Under the pieces are notes generated by a model, which saw only the letters and a list, made by a program, of their open reading frames with translations, had not been told where the DNA came from and ran no database searches. From NCBI RefSeq assembly GCF_030028105.1, contig NC_092371.1, positions 97,119,064 to 97,183,063 of the forward strand: a stretch of 64,000 nt of DNA. Direction: 5' to 3'. Origin of the DNA: Mobula birostris. Taxonomy: Eukaryota. Both the position numbers and the translations under genes were made by a program. Positions within the stretch are counted from its first letter, which is position 1. The number at the start of each line of letters is the position of its first letter. Positions 12,110-25,172 of this stretch are shown piece after piece.

Positions 12110-14900
12110 GTTGGATGTTCCCAGGTTTAGATATTTCAAAAAGGGAAAGGGAGGGAGGTAAAAGAGATGGAGGAGTGGCACTGCCAATCAGGGAGAGTAT
12201 CACAGCTACAGAAAGGCAGGATGTCGTGGAGAGATTGTTTATCGAGTTACTGTAGGTGGAATTCAGAAATTGGAAGAGTTGTAATCACTCTAGTGGGAGT
12301 ATTCTACAGTGCCCCCCCCCACCACAGGAACATCGAGGCTGGTCAATTTTGGAAAGCTGCACAATCACGCACTTTCCAAATAATGATTGGCACAGTCTAC
12401 ATGCAAAAGATTTAGACAGGGTAAATTTGTTAGGTCTGTTCATGAAGGATTCCTGAATATGTGGACAGGCTAACTAGAAGAGAGTTCTTACTGGATCTGG
12501 TGCTAGCTAATAGAACAGGTCAGGCGTCAGATTGCTCGTGGGTGATCACAACTCCCTAATTTACCACAGCCTTGGAGAGGGATAAGAGCAGACGGTTTTG
12601 AAGGAGAGGGAATTATGATGCTATTAAACAAGAAGTTGTGAGCAGAAATTGGGAATTAATGTACTCAGGGAAATGAACAAGGGAATGTAGAAGTTGTGTA
12701 GGGAGCACGAATGGAGTTCTGGGTAGGGTTCTCCCAATTGGACATGGATGGTAGTATGGAGGAAGCACGGTTGAAAAGAGACGTGAAGCATCACGCCAAG
12801 AGGATAAAAGAAGCTCACCAGAGGTTTATGAAGCAAAGATCAGACCGAGCTCTTGAGGGTTACGAAGTAACCAGGAAGGAGCTGCATAATGAATTTAAGA
12901 GAGCTGGAAGGGGGAATGAGAAGGGCTTTGCGGGTATGATTAAGGAAAACCCAAGACGTTCTAGACGTAGGTGAAGAACAGAAGGATGACTAGAGTGAGT
13001 AAAAGAAGAGGAACCATGTGCTTGGAGCAAGAGGAGGTAGGGGAGATCATTAAAATAGTTTTCTTCAGTGTGCACAACTGAGAGAGACCTTGACGTGTGT
13101 GGACAGCATAAAACAGGCTGACATGCGAGAACATGTGACGTTAAGAAAGAGGATATTCTGGAACTTTGAAAAAAGCATAAGGCCCCGAGTCCGAATAGGG
13201 TGCACCCTGGTCACTACGGGAAGCGAGGGAAGGGAATGTTTCCTCATGGTGATAATCTTTATGCCCTCACTGGACACAGGAGGAGTAGCAGAAGATTGGA
13301 GGGTCTCAAATGTTATAACTTTGTTGCAGAACGGGATTAGGGATAATCCTGGGAATTATAGACCAGTGAGCATCATGTCAGTGGTGGTCAAACTTTGGAA
13401 ATGATTCTTAAAGGCAGGATCTGGGAGCATTTGGAGAAGCATAGTCTGATTACATACAACACGGCTTTGTGAGGGACGGTTCATGTCTCAGAAATATGAT
13501 TGAATTATTCGAGAAAGCGACTAAATAATTTGATAAAAGTAGAGCGGTGGATGTGACGTACATGGATGTTAGTAAGGCGTTTCTATATTGTGTACTGCTT
13601 TGGACACCTTCCTACCTTCAGCAAAGATGTCAACAAAATTGAAATAGTACCTAGGAAATTTATAATGATGATTTCCCGACCTGAGGACGTAAGTAATATG
13701 GAAAGGTTGCAGACGTTAGCTTTTTCTCCCTTGGAGCACAGGAGAATGTGGGGAGATTGGATAGAGAAGAGAAAATAATGATAATAAGAGAAAATGTGGG
13801 GAATTGATAGTGAAAATGTAAGCAGGCTTTTCACACCAGGGTGGCTGAGACTAGAATTAGAGGTCATGGGCTGAGGGTGAAAGGTAAAATGTTAAAGAGG
13901 AACATCCCTCAGAGTGTAGTGAGAGTGTGGAACGAGATTCCAGTGGACGTAGTACATGCGGGTTCCATTTCAATATTTAAAAGAAGTTTTAAATATTAAA
14001 AGAATATGGATGGGAGGGTTATGGAGGACTATGGTCGATAGGATAGATGACACAAAGCTGTTGGTGTTGTGGATAAGATTGTCGTAGTTTGCAACGGGAC
14101 ATTGACGGGATGGGTAGCTGGACTGTTAAATGTCAGATGGTTTTTAATGCGGGAAAATGTGAATTTATGGACTTTGGAAGAGCGAATCGAAGGCAGGGTA
14201 CAAGGTTAAAATAAGATTCTTGGCAGTGTAGAGGACAAAGTGATCTTGGGGTTCACGCGCATAGACCCCTCAAAAACTGCCGCGCAAGTCAATACGTTTT
14301 TTAGAAGGCATGTAGCCTTCATTAGTCGGGGGATCGAGTTCAAGGGCCACCAGCTAATGTTGTATTTCCATAAAATACTGGTTGGTCCATACTTACATTG
14401 TTGTGTTTGATTCTGGTCATTATAGGAAGGACATGGAAGCTGTAGAGAGGGTTTAGAGGAGATTTACCATGATGCCGCTTGGATTAGAGAACATGTTTTA
14501 TCAGGATAGGTTGAGCGAGCCAGGGCATTTCGCTTTGGAATGAAGACGGTTGAAAGGCAAACCTGACAGGCGTGCATAAGATAAGAGGAATAGTTAGAGT
14601 GGATAGCCAGTGCCTTTTCCCTAGGGCGGCAATGGCATTTTCAAGAGGACATACTTTTAAGGTGATTGGATGAAAATATAGAGTGATGTCAGAGGTAAAT
14701 TCTTTACACAGAGTGGTGTGTTCGTGGAATGCCTTGCCAGGTGTGGTGGTGGAGGCAAATATATGAGGGACATTTAAGAAGCTCTTTGGCCAAATGGATG
14801 AAAGAAAGATGGAGGACTATGTGGGAGGGAATGGTTAGATTGATCTTGGATTAGGTAAATCGGTGGGCTCAACATCGTGGGCCAAAAGACCTGTGCTATG
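12110..14900 (+). mobile_element. Degenerate CR1 mosaic shared by the duplication units (also 35385-37087, 39084-40100, 49765-51280)
   Basis: APE and RT relic motifs (RDNPGNYRPVS, GGVALPIRE) collinear across units. Confidence 0.75.
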
Positions 14901-16744
14901 GTTAACGTTTCTGTGTACTCTTTTCAGTCATACTAACTGCGATCATTCACATATTTCCCTGTATAGACCACCTCCCCGTTATGCGAGCAGCTAAATCTAA
15001 CTCAATCCATCTGCCCGAGCTCCATTTGCATTCCCCAGCTCTTCCACTTCCCGACTCTCCAACTGTTCAGCAATGGGGTGGAACTTACTGCACTCTTTCA
15101 TTTTGCCTTCGGACCAGAAGCAGAAATTCCAGAGGTAATTTGCTTTAATGCGGATTGTGAAAGAAAGGAAGCGGTGGATGCATTACATTTTATCCATTCG
15201 TGTGTACTTTCGTTTTATATCGTTTAAGTATACGTATAATTACTATATGGTTTGATATGTTTTAAGGATTTTAAACATGTCAGAATAACAGAAAAAAGGT
15301 GAGTGAGCCATGCCCTTTGACAGAATCTCCCAGTGCAGTTCTGGTCATTTTATCGTCCTATCACAACACGGAATGCTCTGTCACACAAAGTACAACCGTG
15401 TACCAGCCGCGCAGTAACTGGAATGCCCCAGCGCAGTCCTTCTGGCGCGAAACTGGAAGTTTCTTATATAAAATGCCGATTTTAAAGTACTGCGAAGTTT
15501 ACAGGCCGTGTAAAATTGTCCTGCTCAGAGCAATGGTCGGTCTATTCCAGGAAACTCCTTAGGCCTTCCATATTCAGAGAAGGCAAGTTCAGCGGCCTCA
15601 GTCCAGAGTGATTGATAAAGACTAAGTGATATTAATGTCCCAGCTTCAATAACCCGTGTATGAATTTCAATAATTAATTGCAAACTTGCTATTGTGTTCT
15701 TTTCTTATCGAGATAAAGCAACTTGTACAACCAATTAGAAAGACATGACTACAATCCGTATTCTCATTCGCCTAAAAACGATCTTTTACGTTATTTATTA
15801 GACATATTTATCTTATGTTTCGGATACCGCTTTCTAGACGCTATACTATGGCCAGGGAGTTCTACATTTCATACTGAAAGCTATCATTATATAAAGTCTA
15901 CAAACTAATGTACAAATGTCGCAGCGCTATCTTCAGCGCTTCACTGTTGTTAAACCCAAAATAGCTTTACATAATCAACCACCGTCACACTGTATTTACT
16001 AGAAATGCTTTGGACTAACACTTTCAATGTTTAAGATGTTTGAACCATGGGTTGTTACGTACGCTAAGCCGAAATCACCACGAATGAAACCCGTAGTTCC
16101 GAAGGACACCTGAGAAAAAACGTCACTAGTTTGAACTCTTAAGTGCTACTCTGCTCTGGGCTGCTGCTTACACAGGGTTCACAAGTCCTTGTCTCCCTGA
16201 ATATGACCAGCTGTAGAAAAACCATTTCCATTCCATGAATACAATGGTAAAATTGGAAATCTAATATGCCTACGATGTTCAAACAAAGGTAAGATCAGGA
16301 TTTATTTTAATATGTATGTAAATTTCGCTGACAGGTAATTACGCCACTTGTCCTGATGTAGCCATAGTGATTACTGTTTCTTCAGTTGGAAAATCTACCC
16401 AATAACTAGCAGAACGTTAAAGCGGCGTTGTCTATTTTATTTCATCGAATGCCCAAGTTTGATAATCTTCACTGTCCATGCAAACCTTTGAAAAATGTTA
16501 CTCTTATCGGACGTATTGAACAAGACACAAACGCCACCGTAGATCAGGTAGATTTGATTTACTTTGGGATAAAATTACATTAATGATATTAATTTCAGAA
16601 TGAATTCAATTTAAGAATGCCCAGTAGGACGCAATGCATATTTTCTCCCGATTGAAAAATGTGTCAGCTAAAATCGAAAATGTTGTACCTGTACAGGAAA
16701 TTCATTTGTTTTATTTTAAAGAATCAGCGTACAAACATATTGTA

Positions 16745-17067
16745 TTACATACAGTTGGATCGCGCGATGTTTATTTGAAATGGGGTTGCCTGAGACTCGT
16801 GTTTAACCACGCAGGAGTAAAGCTCGTGTGAGTTCCAGTGTGAGGCTGGCAGAGTCAGGTAACTGCTCGCACTGAACGTGTTGTCCGTGTCCTGCTGGAT
16901 CCGGCTGGTCTCAACGCCATTCCTTCTCGTACTGCCGTCCACCGTCCACTCGATATTCACAGCGGCCGGATTAAACCCGCTCACCAAACACACCAGGGTG
17001 GCGGTGCCCTGTCCCAGAATTTCCTCCGCAGCCGGTCGGAGGACGGATACAGCGGGTTTTCGCGGAT
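16745..17067 (-). CDS. IGLC: Ig light-chain constant exon, unit B: intact, but its VJ is a pseudogene
   Basis: TTACAG|AT acceptor; 323-nt open exon PRKPAVSVLRPAAEEILGQG...SNCM*; AATAAA at 16710-16715. Confidence 0.9.
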
Positions 17068-17874
17068 CTGTAAATAGAAAGAAATGCAGGGAAATGAATT
17101 ATTAATTGATATAAATTGGAATCAAACTTTGTCTTTTTTACAGGGATTTTATAACCATAAAAGTCAGAATACTTGAGAACCCCGGTACCGCAGAATCTCA
17201 TTAATGCATTTTGATCTTCCACAAACGCACCAAAACCAATATACATCATGAACATTAGACATCGCTACAAAGTAAAAGAAAGCGAGGATGTTTTCATAAC
17301 AGCACAATTCAAAGCAATAAAATAACAAATTTCGATATAATGGCAAAACAAAATCCGATTGGAGAGGCTTCTGAACGATTGCTGACAGAACCCCTCTAAT
17401 GGTGAAATACTCTCCAGTATACATAAGATATACTTTATATATCCCGTGATACCCCATCCAATATGATGTAACTATGCTATAGTTAATATTGTGACAGATT
17501 ATTGGCATGTTCCATGATGTTAAAATCGTAAAGACATGAATCATAGAACCAATAACAAATCCCGAAAGAGATATGGCAAAGCGCGTGGCAAAACTCCGAA
17601 ATGTCGTCGCAGCTATCCACGTAAAAAGCAAGAGATGAGGCAGTCGATTTAGTTGACATACTGTCCCTTTGTCTCTCCTCGGAGATGCTACAATTCGCCG
17701 CAGTAAAGCAGGAATTGTGAATGGCTAAAAATCTTGGAAATATTTGAATGGGAATAAATAATACCAGTTAAAGTTTTCAACTTGGATTTCTAAATTTTTA
17801 GTCCCACAATTAAGTCCGTAGGGGTTGTTGGACTAGGGTAATACACACTGAAAGAATACACAATAACCACTCTC

Positions 17875-19430
17875 AGTTACCAAACTAGATGGACTACGCT
17901 CCAGGATTCTGAAGGCGGTAGGTGGATACATTATGGAGGCATTAGTAACGATCTTTCAAGAATGGGTCTATGGGCCCGGGTGACTGGAATATCACAAATA
18001 TTACTCCACAGTTTGAGAAGTGAGGGACACAAAATGCAGGAAATTGGACGTCAGTTAATTTCCTAGTAAACATGCTGATGTTTAATCGGAATTTAAGTAT
18101 ATCGAGATTGCTAGAATTCATTACTGTAGTTAGGAAGAAGTTTCTAGGTATTCTGTGGCATACGATAAAATAAGCGGTGATCTGCACGGTTCGCTTAAGG
18201 GGAATTTTAGTAGACAAATCTGTTGAGATTCCTGAAGAAAATACCAGGCAGGATAGACAAATGAGAGTCAGTGGATGCTGTTGACTTGGATTTTCAGAAG
18301 ACCATTGACGAAGTGTCACACATCAGGCTGCTTACCAGGATAAGAGCACATGGTATTACAGGAAAGGATGGAGCATTGGCCAACTGACAGGAGAAAAGCG
18401 TGAGAATAATCTTTTCTGGTTGGCGACCTATGACTAGTGGTGTTCTGCAAGGATCGGCGTTGAGTCTGCTACGTCACATGCTAAAAGTTAATGATCTGAA
18501 TGACGGGATTTATGGATTCGTGGCCACGTTTGCGGATGATGCAAAGATAGGTGGAGGAGTAGGCAGTGTTGAGGCAGTAGGAGTCCCCAGAATGATCTTG
18601 ACGGATCAGGTGAATGAGCAAAGAAATGACAGATGGAATACAGTGTAGGAAATTGTACTGTCGTGCACGATGGTAGAAGGAATAAAGGTACAGACTTCTT
18701 TCTAAACGGGGACGGAATTAAGAAGTCGGAGGTGCAAAGGGACTTGGAAGTCCTCGTGCAGGATTCCCTGAATGATAACTTGCAGGGAAACACAAGGTTA
18801 GTATTCATTTCGGGATGAGTAGAGTATAAAAGCAAGGATGTAATTCTATGGTTTTAAAAGGAAATATCCAGACCAGAGTTAGAGTATCATGAGCAGTTTT
18901 GGGCCACATATCTAAGAAAGGATGTGCTGGCATTGGAGAGGGACCAGAGGAGGTTTGCAGGAATGATCCCGTCAATGAAAGAGTTAAAGTATAAGGAACA
19001 TTTGATGGCAATTGGCCTGTACACGCTGGATTTCAGAAGATTTGGGGGTGGGGGGGTGGGGGAAAGAGGGTGTGGTCTCATTTTAACCTACCAAATACTG
19101 AAAGAGCTAGATTGAGTGGAGGTGGGAGGATGCTCCCTATAGTGCGAGAGTCTAGACCTGAGAGAAAAGCCTTTGAATAGAAGGACAGCCCTTTAGAACA
19201 GAGATAATGAGGAATTTATTTATCCGTAAAGTAGTGAATCTGTGGAATTTATTGCCAAAGGAGGCTGTGGAGACCAAGTCTTTGGGTATATTTAAAATGG
19301 AGTTTTATACTTTGTTGATTAGTAATGGCATCAAAGGTTACGGGGAGAAGTCAGGAGAACGGGTTTGAGAGAAAATATTCCAGCGATGATCAAATGACGG
19401 AGCACACTCTTTCTGTTCCTATGGTTTACG
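17875..19430 (+). mobile_element. Degenerate CR1 fragment in the unit B J-C intron
   Basis: ATFADDAKIGG and LALERDQRRFAGMIP motifs. Confidence 0.75.
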
Positions 19431-20066
19431 GTCATAAGGAAATAGAAATTCTCTGTTGCAATTCGTTAACATTCACAGCTCTGCTTTTGTCCTCATTAAG
19501 CTTCAGGTTCAGAATAAAGTTTATTGTGGTTCAACTGTTTACACGTATATGGTCAAACAAAACAACATTCTAGGAGACCAAGGTGCACAACACAGTACAT
19601 ATAACACACACACAAAATAAAGCAATATTAGTAGAAATATATTCCAGCCGATTGGCATTCAGATCCTTCATACAAGGAGTTGCTGGCTTTAAACAGGACT
19701 TCACCTCCGCTGTCTAATACAAAAACTAACTGTTCTGAATATATTTTAATACATCTGTTCCCTGGAAAACATTTGAGGAACACTCGCCAACAGCACGAAG
19801 CACTTATTCACGAAGCTATTTTAAAAATGTTATTGCAATGATCACAAGTTGTTTTGAAGATACTTCTCAGCTAAATTAAGTAACCCTACCAAGCAAACAG
19901 GATGCATATGTGTTAGTTTTCTGCCTGCGGTATTGTACGGATGAAATGGGAAGTGTCCTGTAAACGGGATCGAAGTATCAGGATTGATAATATTAATCCA
20001 AGGTTCAAACAAAATAAAAAGCAAACAAAATCAAAAGGTGATCACACTCCACCAAATATTAAGTTA

Positions 20067-20446
20067 TGTTGAAATTCGGTTTAGCTCCTCTCCCAGAGGT
20101 GAATATTGTGTGGTGCCAGACACCGCAGTAATAATCGGCGGCGTCCTCCCATTGCACCTTGGTGATGGTTAAGTGCATTTGAACAACAGGAATTCTGCAG
20201 ATGCTGGTTAAATGCATTTGGTTGCTCGATGAGTCCGTGGAACCGGTGAATCGATCTGCAATTCCCGATCCTCTCGTGGAGATCCATATCACACAAAGAC
20301 TGGGGCGCTGCCGGGTTTCTGCATGTACCAGCTCGTGTAGTAGCTGCCGATGATACCCCCTGACATGGTACAAATGATTTTCACGGTTCTACCCGGAGAC
20401 GCCAATACGAACGGAGACTGAATCAAAGTCATCTCCGCGTTTACAG
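20067..20446 (-). pseudogene. IGLV: Germline-joined VJ pseudogene, unit B
   Basis: EMTLIQSP...C...WYMQKPG, then TGA at 20289-20291, a 1-nt deletion in CDR2, a 39-nt insertion in FR3, FGXG changed to SGRG, and the J donor changed from GTAAGT to TAACTT. Confidence 0.92.
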
Positions 20447-20533
20447 CTGGCGAAAGTAACAAATAATTATTTAAAACCCTTTAGTAGCACGACATAAGGG
20501 ACAGTAATGGCTAAGATTAAGCATTCTACTTAC

Positions 20534-20582
20534 TGATCAAATAGTACACAAACGCGGCAAGAACCAAGACCCAATTAGCCAT
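20534..20582 (-). pseudogene. Leader exon of the unit B VJ (MANWVLVLAAFVYYLI)
   Basis: 49-nt exon from ATG to A|GTAAGT, same geometry as unit D. Confidence 0.85.
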
Positions 20583-20690
20583 GGTGAAGCAGATAAGAAG
20601 AATCAGAAGTCAAAGGCTTTCGGACACAAGTACTGTTCAGGGCTTTCGAAGCTGCTCCTTAAGAACTGTAGAAGACTGCAAAGTCACTGA

Positions 20691-20709
20691 AATATATATT
20701 CATGTAAAT
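20691..20709 (-). promoter_or_regulatory. Octamer-like ATTTACAT (20702-20709) plus AT-rich TATA-like box
   Basis: One mismatch to the Ig octamer ATTTGCAT, about 120 nt upstream of the ATG, same position as in unit D. Confidence 0.6.
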
Positions 20710-20759
20710 CTCCACTCACGAATGAATTGGATCTAGATTTCAGGAAATAAGCGGGCAAC

Positions 20760-21311
20760 GATGTAAGTGATGCTGAGGTCGAGAGGGAGGATTGAGAAAT
20801 TCAGGTTCCGTGCAGTGGCCATCACCAACAACCTATCCTGGTCCAACCACATAGATATCAGGGCAAAGAGCGCTCACCGGCGCTCTAACTTCGACTAACT
20901 TATATCGATGAATCCTGTCTGGATGCAGCAAGGCTGGGTATGGTGTCTGCTCTGCTGGTAAATGAAATAAATTACAAAGAGTTGTGCATAGAGCTCAGCA
21001 CATCACGGAAGCCAATTCTTCTCCATGGATTCTGTGTACACTTTCGCTGCCTCGGCAAAGCAACCAATATAAGCAAAGACGTTATCCGTCACGGATATTC
21101 TCTCTTCTTCCCCATCCCATAGGGCAGAAGATCCAAAAGCCTTAAAGGCACATACCACCAGGCTCACAGACAGCGTCTATCTTTCTGTTATGTGACCACT
21201 GAATGTTTCCTACTGCGATCAGATAGACTCTTGACCTCACAATCTGCGTCGTTATGCCCTTGCACCTTACTGTCTACCTGCACTGCACTTTCTCTGTAAC
21301 TGTAACACTTT
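20760..21311 (+). mobile_element. Rex1/L2-type RT C-terminus and 3' tail upstream of the V promoter (continues after the Gypsy insertion; paralogue 61190-61830)
   Basis: Relic peptide NDAEVER...ITNN..WSNH...AHRR on the plus strand. Confidence 0.6.
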
Positions 21312-22006
21312 TGTAGCCTCCCTGGCCACCCTCAGCGTCGCTCGGCTCGCTGACATCTAGGGAAACAGCCCTCGGCCCCGGCAAACTGGATAATAGGTTG
21401 TGTGGATGCTGTGTAATGTACCCCACCTGGCTCAAATAACAGACAATACACCAGATATGATTAAATGATTTACAGTTTATAGATATTACTGGAACTATAT
21501 AATTAATAGCGAATAAAATATAAAAGGAAAATAAAAGGCGCCACACTTATCAAAGTTCAATCTCTTCGTGCACAAAGAGTTGGAGCTCGGGACCCTTCTT
21601 CTTCACCCTGCGATCCCTCGGACCACCTCGACCGGCCGCCTGGGACCGACAACGGTGTTCGACCAGACGCTCCACACGAGTCCGACTCCGTCTCCACTCC
21701 TCGCCGAACGCTCCGCTCGGGGTCCGACCCCGTTAGCGGACTCACAGCACCTGGTTCATTCTCTGTCTCTCTCCCGCCTTCTACCTCAAAAACCCGCGCA
21801 TACAGATCTTCCAGATACACCAAAGTCATTACAACTATCCCAATTTGTTCGTAACATCCTCTTATCACCCTCTAACCCACAACAAGCTGCTAGCGCAAAA
21901 CTGTCTCAGCGTTTAACATAACAACGAAGCTTTCCCAAGTATAACATAACAAAGAAGCCATTTTAATTAGCCTACACAGTAACATAAAAGACGAAACCCC
22001 GTTACA
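21312..22006 (-). mobile_element. 3' LTR of a Gypsy-type element
   Basis: TGTAGC...GTTACA termini; polypurine tract (minus strand TGGTGGGGGGAGAG) abuts at 22007-22020. Confidence 0.8.
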
Positions 22007-24562
22007 CTCTCCCCCCACCAAATAAAGTCGTGTCCTCGTGACTTCTAAATAATTCGCCAACCAGTCCTGCAGACACACAACATACACATACACAGATACA
22101 CACAATGACAGTGCTCCCCAAACAATGGACCTTCCGCCCGTCCCACGGGCGGTACATAGGCCAACCTAGCTGGGAGCTTCTTAACCCTTACCTAAACCCA
22201 AAAGTCTCAGGCACTACTAGGGATACCTCGGGCCTGCTTGCCAAGTCCTCTTTCACTCAGGCCACCATTACAGCTCGGAGCCCCCTGTCCCGTGTCCGGG
22301 GCCCCGCTTCTTTTCCTTCCTGATCCTGCCGTAACTCAGACTGCCCACAGCTAGCCCTCCCCGCTACACCTGACTCAGTGCGAGAAGGACCAAAGGTCTC
22401 TTCCTCAATCACGGGGAAGTAAGCGAAAGGCAGCATGTACCACATGTGCAGCACATCATCCTTCGAATCTGTATTCTTCTTCATTCCCTCGATCAGTAGC
22501 TACTGTTTGAGCTTCTCCAAACTTAAACATTTAGCCGGGGTTACCCCTTCAGCCTCCTGCAGTCGAGACGTCAGCTTCTTCGGGGACTCCTTCAACTCTC
22601 TCCACAGCCTCAGCAGTTCTGACTCAGGGTTCTTGGCCATCTCAATCTGGGACGCAGTTACCCCACCAGCTTCTTCCACCCTGACCTGAAAAGCAGCAGT
22701 TAAAAGATGTTCAGCCTCCGGTTTTTTCTTCCTGATGACGTCTTCCAGGTCAACTTTCAGTTTTTCCACTTCATTTAAACCGTCGGTAGTCATCTTCAGG
22801 CTCCTTTCAAGCGTCCGCCTCCCTTTTCCGAGATCTGTCCTCCATTTCTTCACCTCCTCGGGAGTGTAGTCAAACTCCCCTCCCTGGGCTCTCGGTTTTC
22901 TGTTGGCCTTAGTCAGAACACTTCCTTGATCTTCTCCAACTTGTAAGTCTTCCAATCTTTTCAGGATCGACGTCTTGAGTTTCTGCTGATCCCTCCGAAG
23001 GTGGGTCATTGTTTCTTCTCGCTGGATTAATTCATCAGTACACGACCGCAGTGTCGGCTCGGAATTCCGTTGCTCCTTCTCCACGTTGATGAGCGTGAAT
23101 TCCAAGTCTGCAGTGGTCGTCCCACAAGTGCGGCACTCAGTCTCCGGCCGGCATTTCTGAGCACTCAGTTCAGCGGTGCAAATCCCCTATCTCCCCTGTG
23201 TCTCATTCAGATTGACGTCCTGGGTTTCCATCCCCAGGTCCACCAACGTCTGTTCCAACACTAGGATGTTCAACTGATATGTCGGGTCAATTTTCTCACA
23301 TTGCACCAAACTCCTCCGGCCAAAAACTCCTCCACACTTTACACTTCACTTCTGTCACCCGGGCTCAGCCACTGGCCTCGCTTCATAGTTTCCCCAGGCG
23401 AACCCAAGCTCTAGGCGGTCATCCACATACGCCAAAACTCCACACACCTTCACTTCCCCCATGGTCTTCCTCGTGCCCCGCGGGAAGGATGCAGGGGCTC
23501 CGGATATGCCCTTGGGCATCTTTTCGGATCGGAAGAATCCTAGGGAACTAATAACGGCCGTCGTCGGCTCGACAGCCGCACTCCTCGGGATCTGGCAACA
23601 TCCACTCCTCAGATCCAGCACATTAAACCACGTCGCATAATCCTCACACACGTCTTCCACGGCGCTAGAGTCCAGTTGCCGCGACCTCTCTCTCACAGAG
23701 GTGTCTTCAGCGGTCAACTCTCCTCCCTCGTGGTAGTTCGGAGCATCTACTAAGAGGGTCTCACCCTCAGCTACTTTCCCCAGGCCGTACCACCGCTGGC
23801 TCTTGTTTAAATTCGGTACCGGCTCAAGGCTGCTACACATGTCCTCAGAAGCAACTCGGCACGCTGGGTGCCCAGACAGTGGCCCCATGAACTCCAGGGT
23901 CATTAACCAATCATCGTCACTGGATCTCTACTGGCACTGGTACCCAAAATCTCCCGTGCCCTTGCGGTTGTAAAGGGTAAATGCTTCAGACACCGGTTGT
24001 AAAACGAACTGTACAACAACTTGACCTGTGCCCCGGGGTCGAGGATGGCTTTAGCATCGCTTCCCTCTATCCATTGCGACACCCTGGGGCGTGGTCCCTC
24101 TAAGCCTTCAGGAATAGTGTCCTTTCCTTTCGGAAGTTTATTGGTACATTGCTGGGAACGTGCTTCCCCAGAGACCTCAAGCCGTTCCCCACTGGGCCTC
24201 CACTAAGTTTCCCGACACCTCTCTGATCAGGTGAACAACTGAAGGAGGGGCTGATCCCCTGAAATGATCCCCCTGGAAATGCAAGCAATTTAGCCGCCCT
24301 CCTAGCCAGAGAAGACACACTGAAAACGTCCCCCCCCTCTTTCAAATAACTGACAGCTGTCACTACGGTGTAAGTGAACCTGACAGCTCTAACACCGTCA
24401 CCGGCCCGCCTCCTTAAACTTTCAACCAATCCCTGTCGCTCTGCCTCAACCGAGCACTGCCATCTAACAACTGACCGATCCGCTCCGCCCGCGTCTCGCA
24501 CGCCTCCGCCCCTCTTGGGGTGGACACTATCCCAAACACCAGGCAGAGCCTGCCAGAGCTAG
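22007..24562 (-). mobile_element. Internally deleted, non-autonomous Gypsy internal region (gag relic, degenerate RT, coiled-coil ORF 22500-23105); no 5' LTR
   Basis: Degenerate RT motifs [22 protein letters not shown] and LAYVDD in ORF 23355-23903. The whole insert is absent from unit D (compare 61715-61740). Confidence 0.75.
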
Positions 24563-25172
24563 AACACTTATTCGCAAGGCAAGTTGTTCACTGCACCTCG
24601 GTGCATGTAATCACAATTAAGCAATTTGAAAATTTACCAATTTATGACTGATTCACAGGTTCACTGTCCCTGACATTTGCACATTTCCACACAGCCCCAA
24701 ACTCTCTCCTCCCCCCCCCACACACACAAATGCAGAGGGGGCACATAAACCAACAGTGTATCAAAATGGGAAGAAGCGGCTGAAGTACTGTGGGCTTGAG
24801 GTTGCCATAGGCGGAAGTAGCTCAGGGCGAGAAGGGTTGCATCTGACCAGAAATACGAAGCGGTTAATTGATACAGGCGAACAGAAAGACTACTTTACAA
24901 CGAGTTGGTTATTGCGAGAAAAGTCTAACGTTATAAAGAAAATTGAGAAGGAATTTGAGTAGTGTCTCAGAGGCGTATCCACCTGTTATTTCTCAAATAT
25001 ATCTTGGATATTCCTACTCATATTTCTGCTATTCCGCACCCTCGTCTCCGAAGTGGAAAGTATGATCAATATAATCCACAGAATATTGCGTTAAACTGCT
25101 CGGGCTAAAGCTTTCCCGTGTTACATGTGAGGGAGGATAGGCAGGGGAAGAGAATGGGAGCACTCAGACCGA

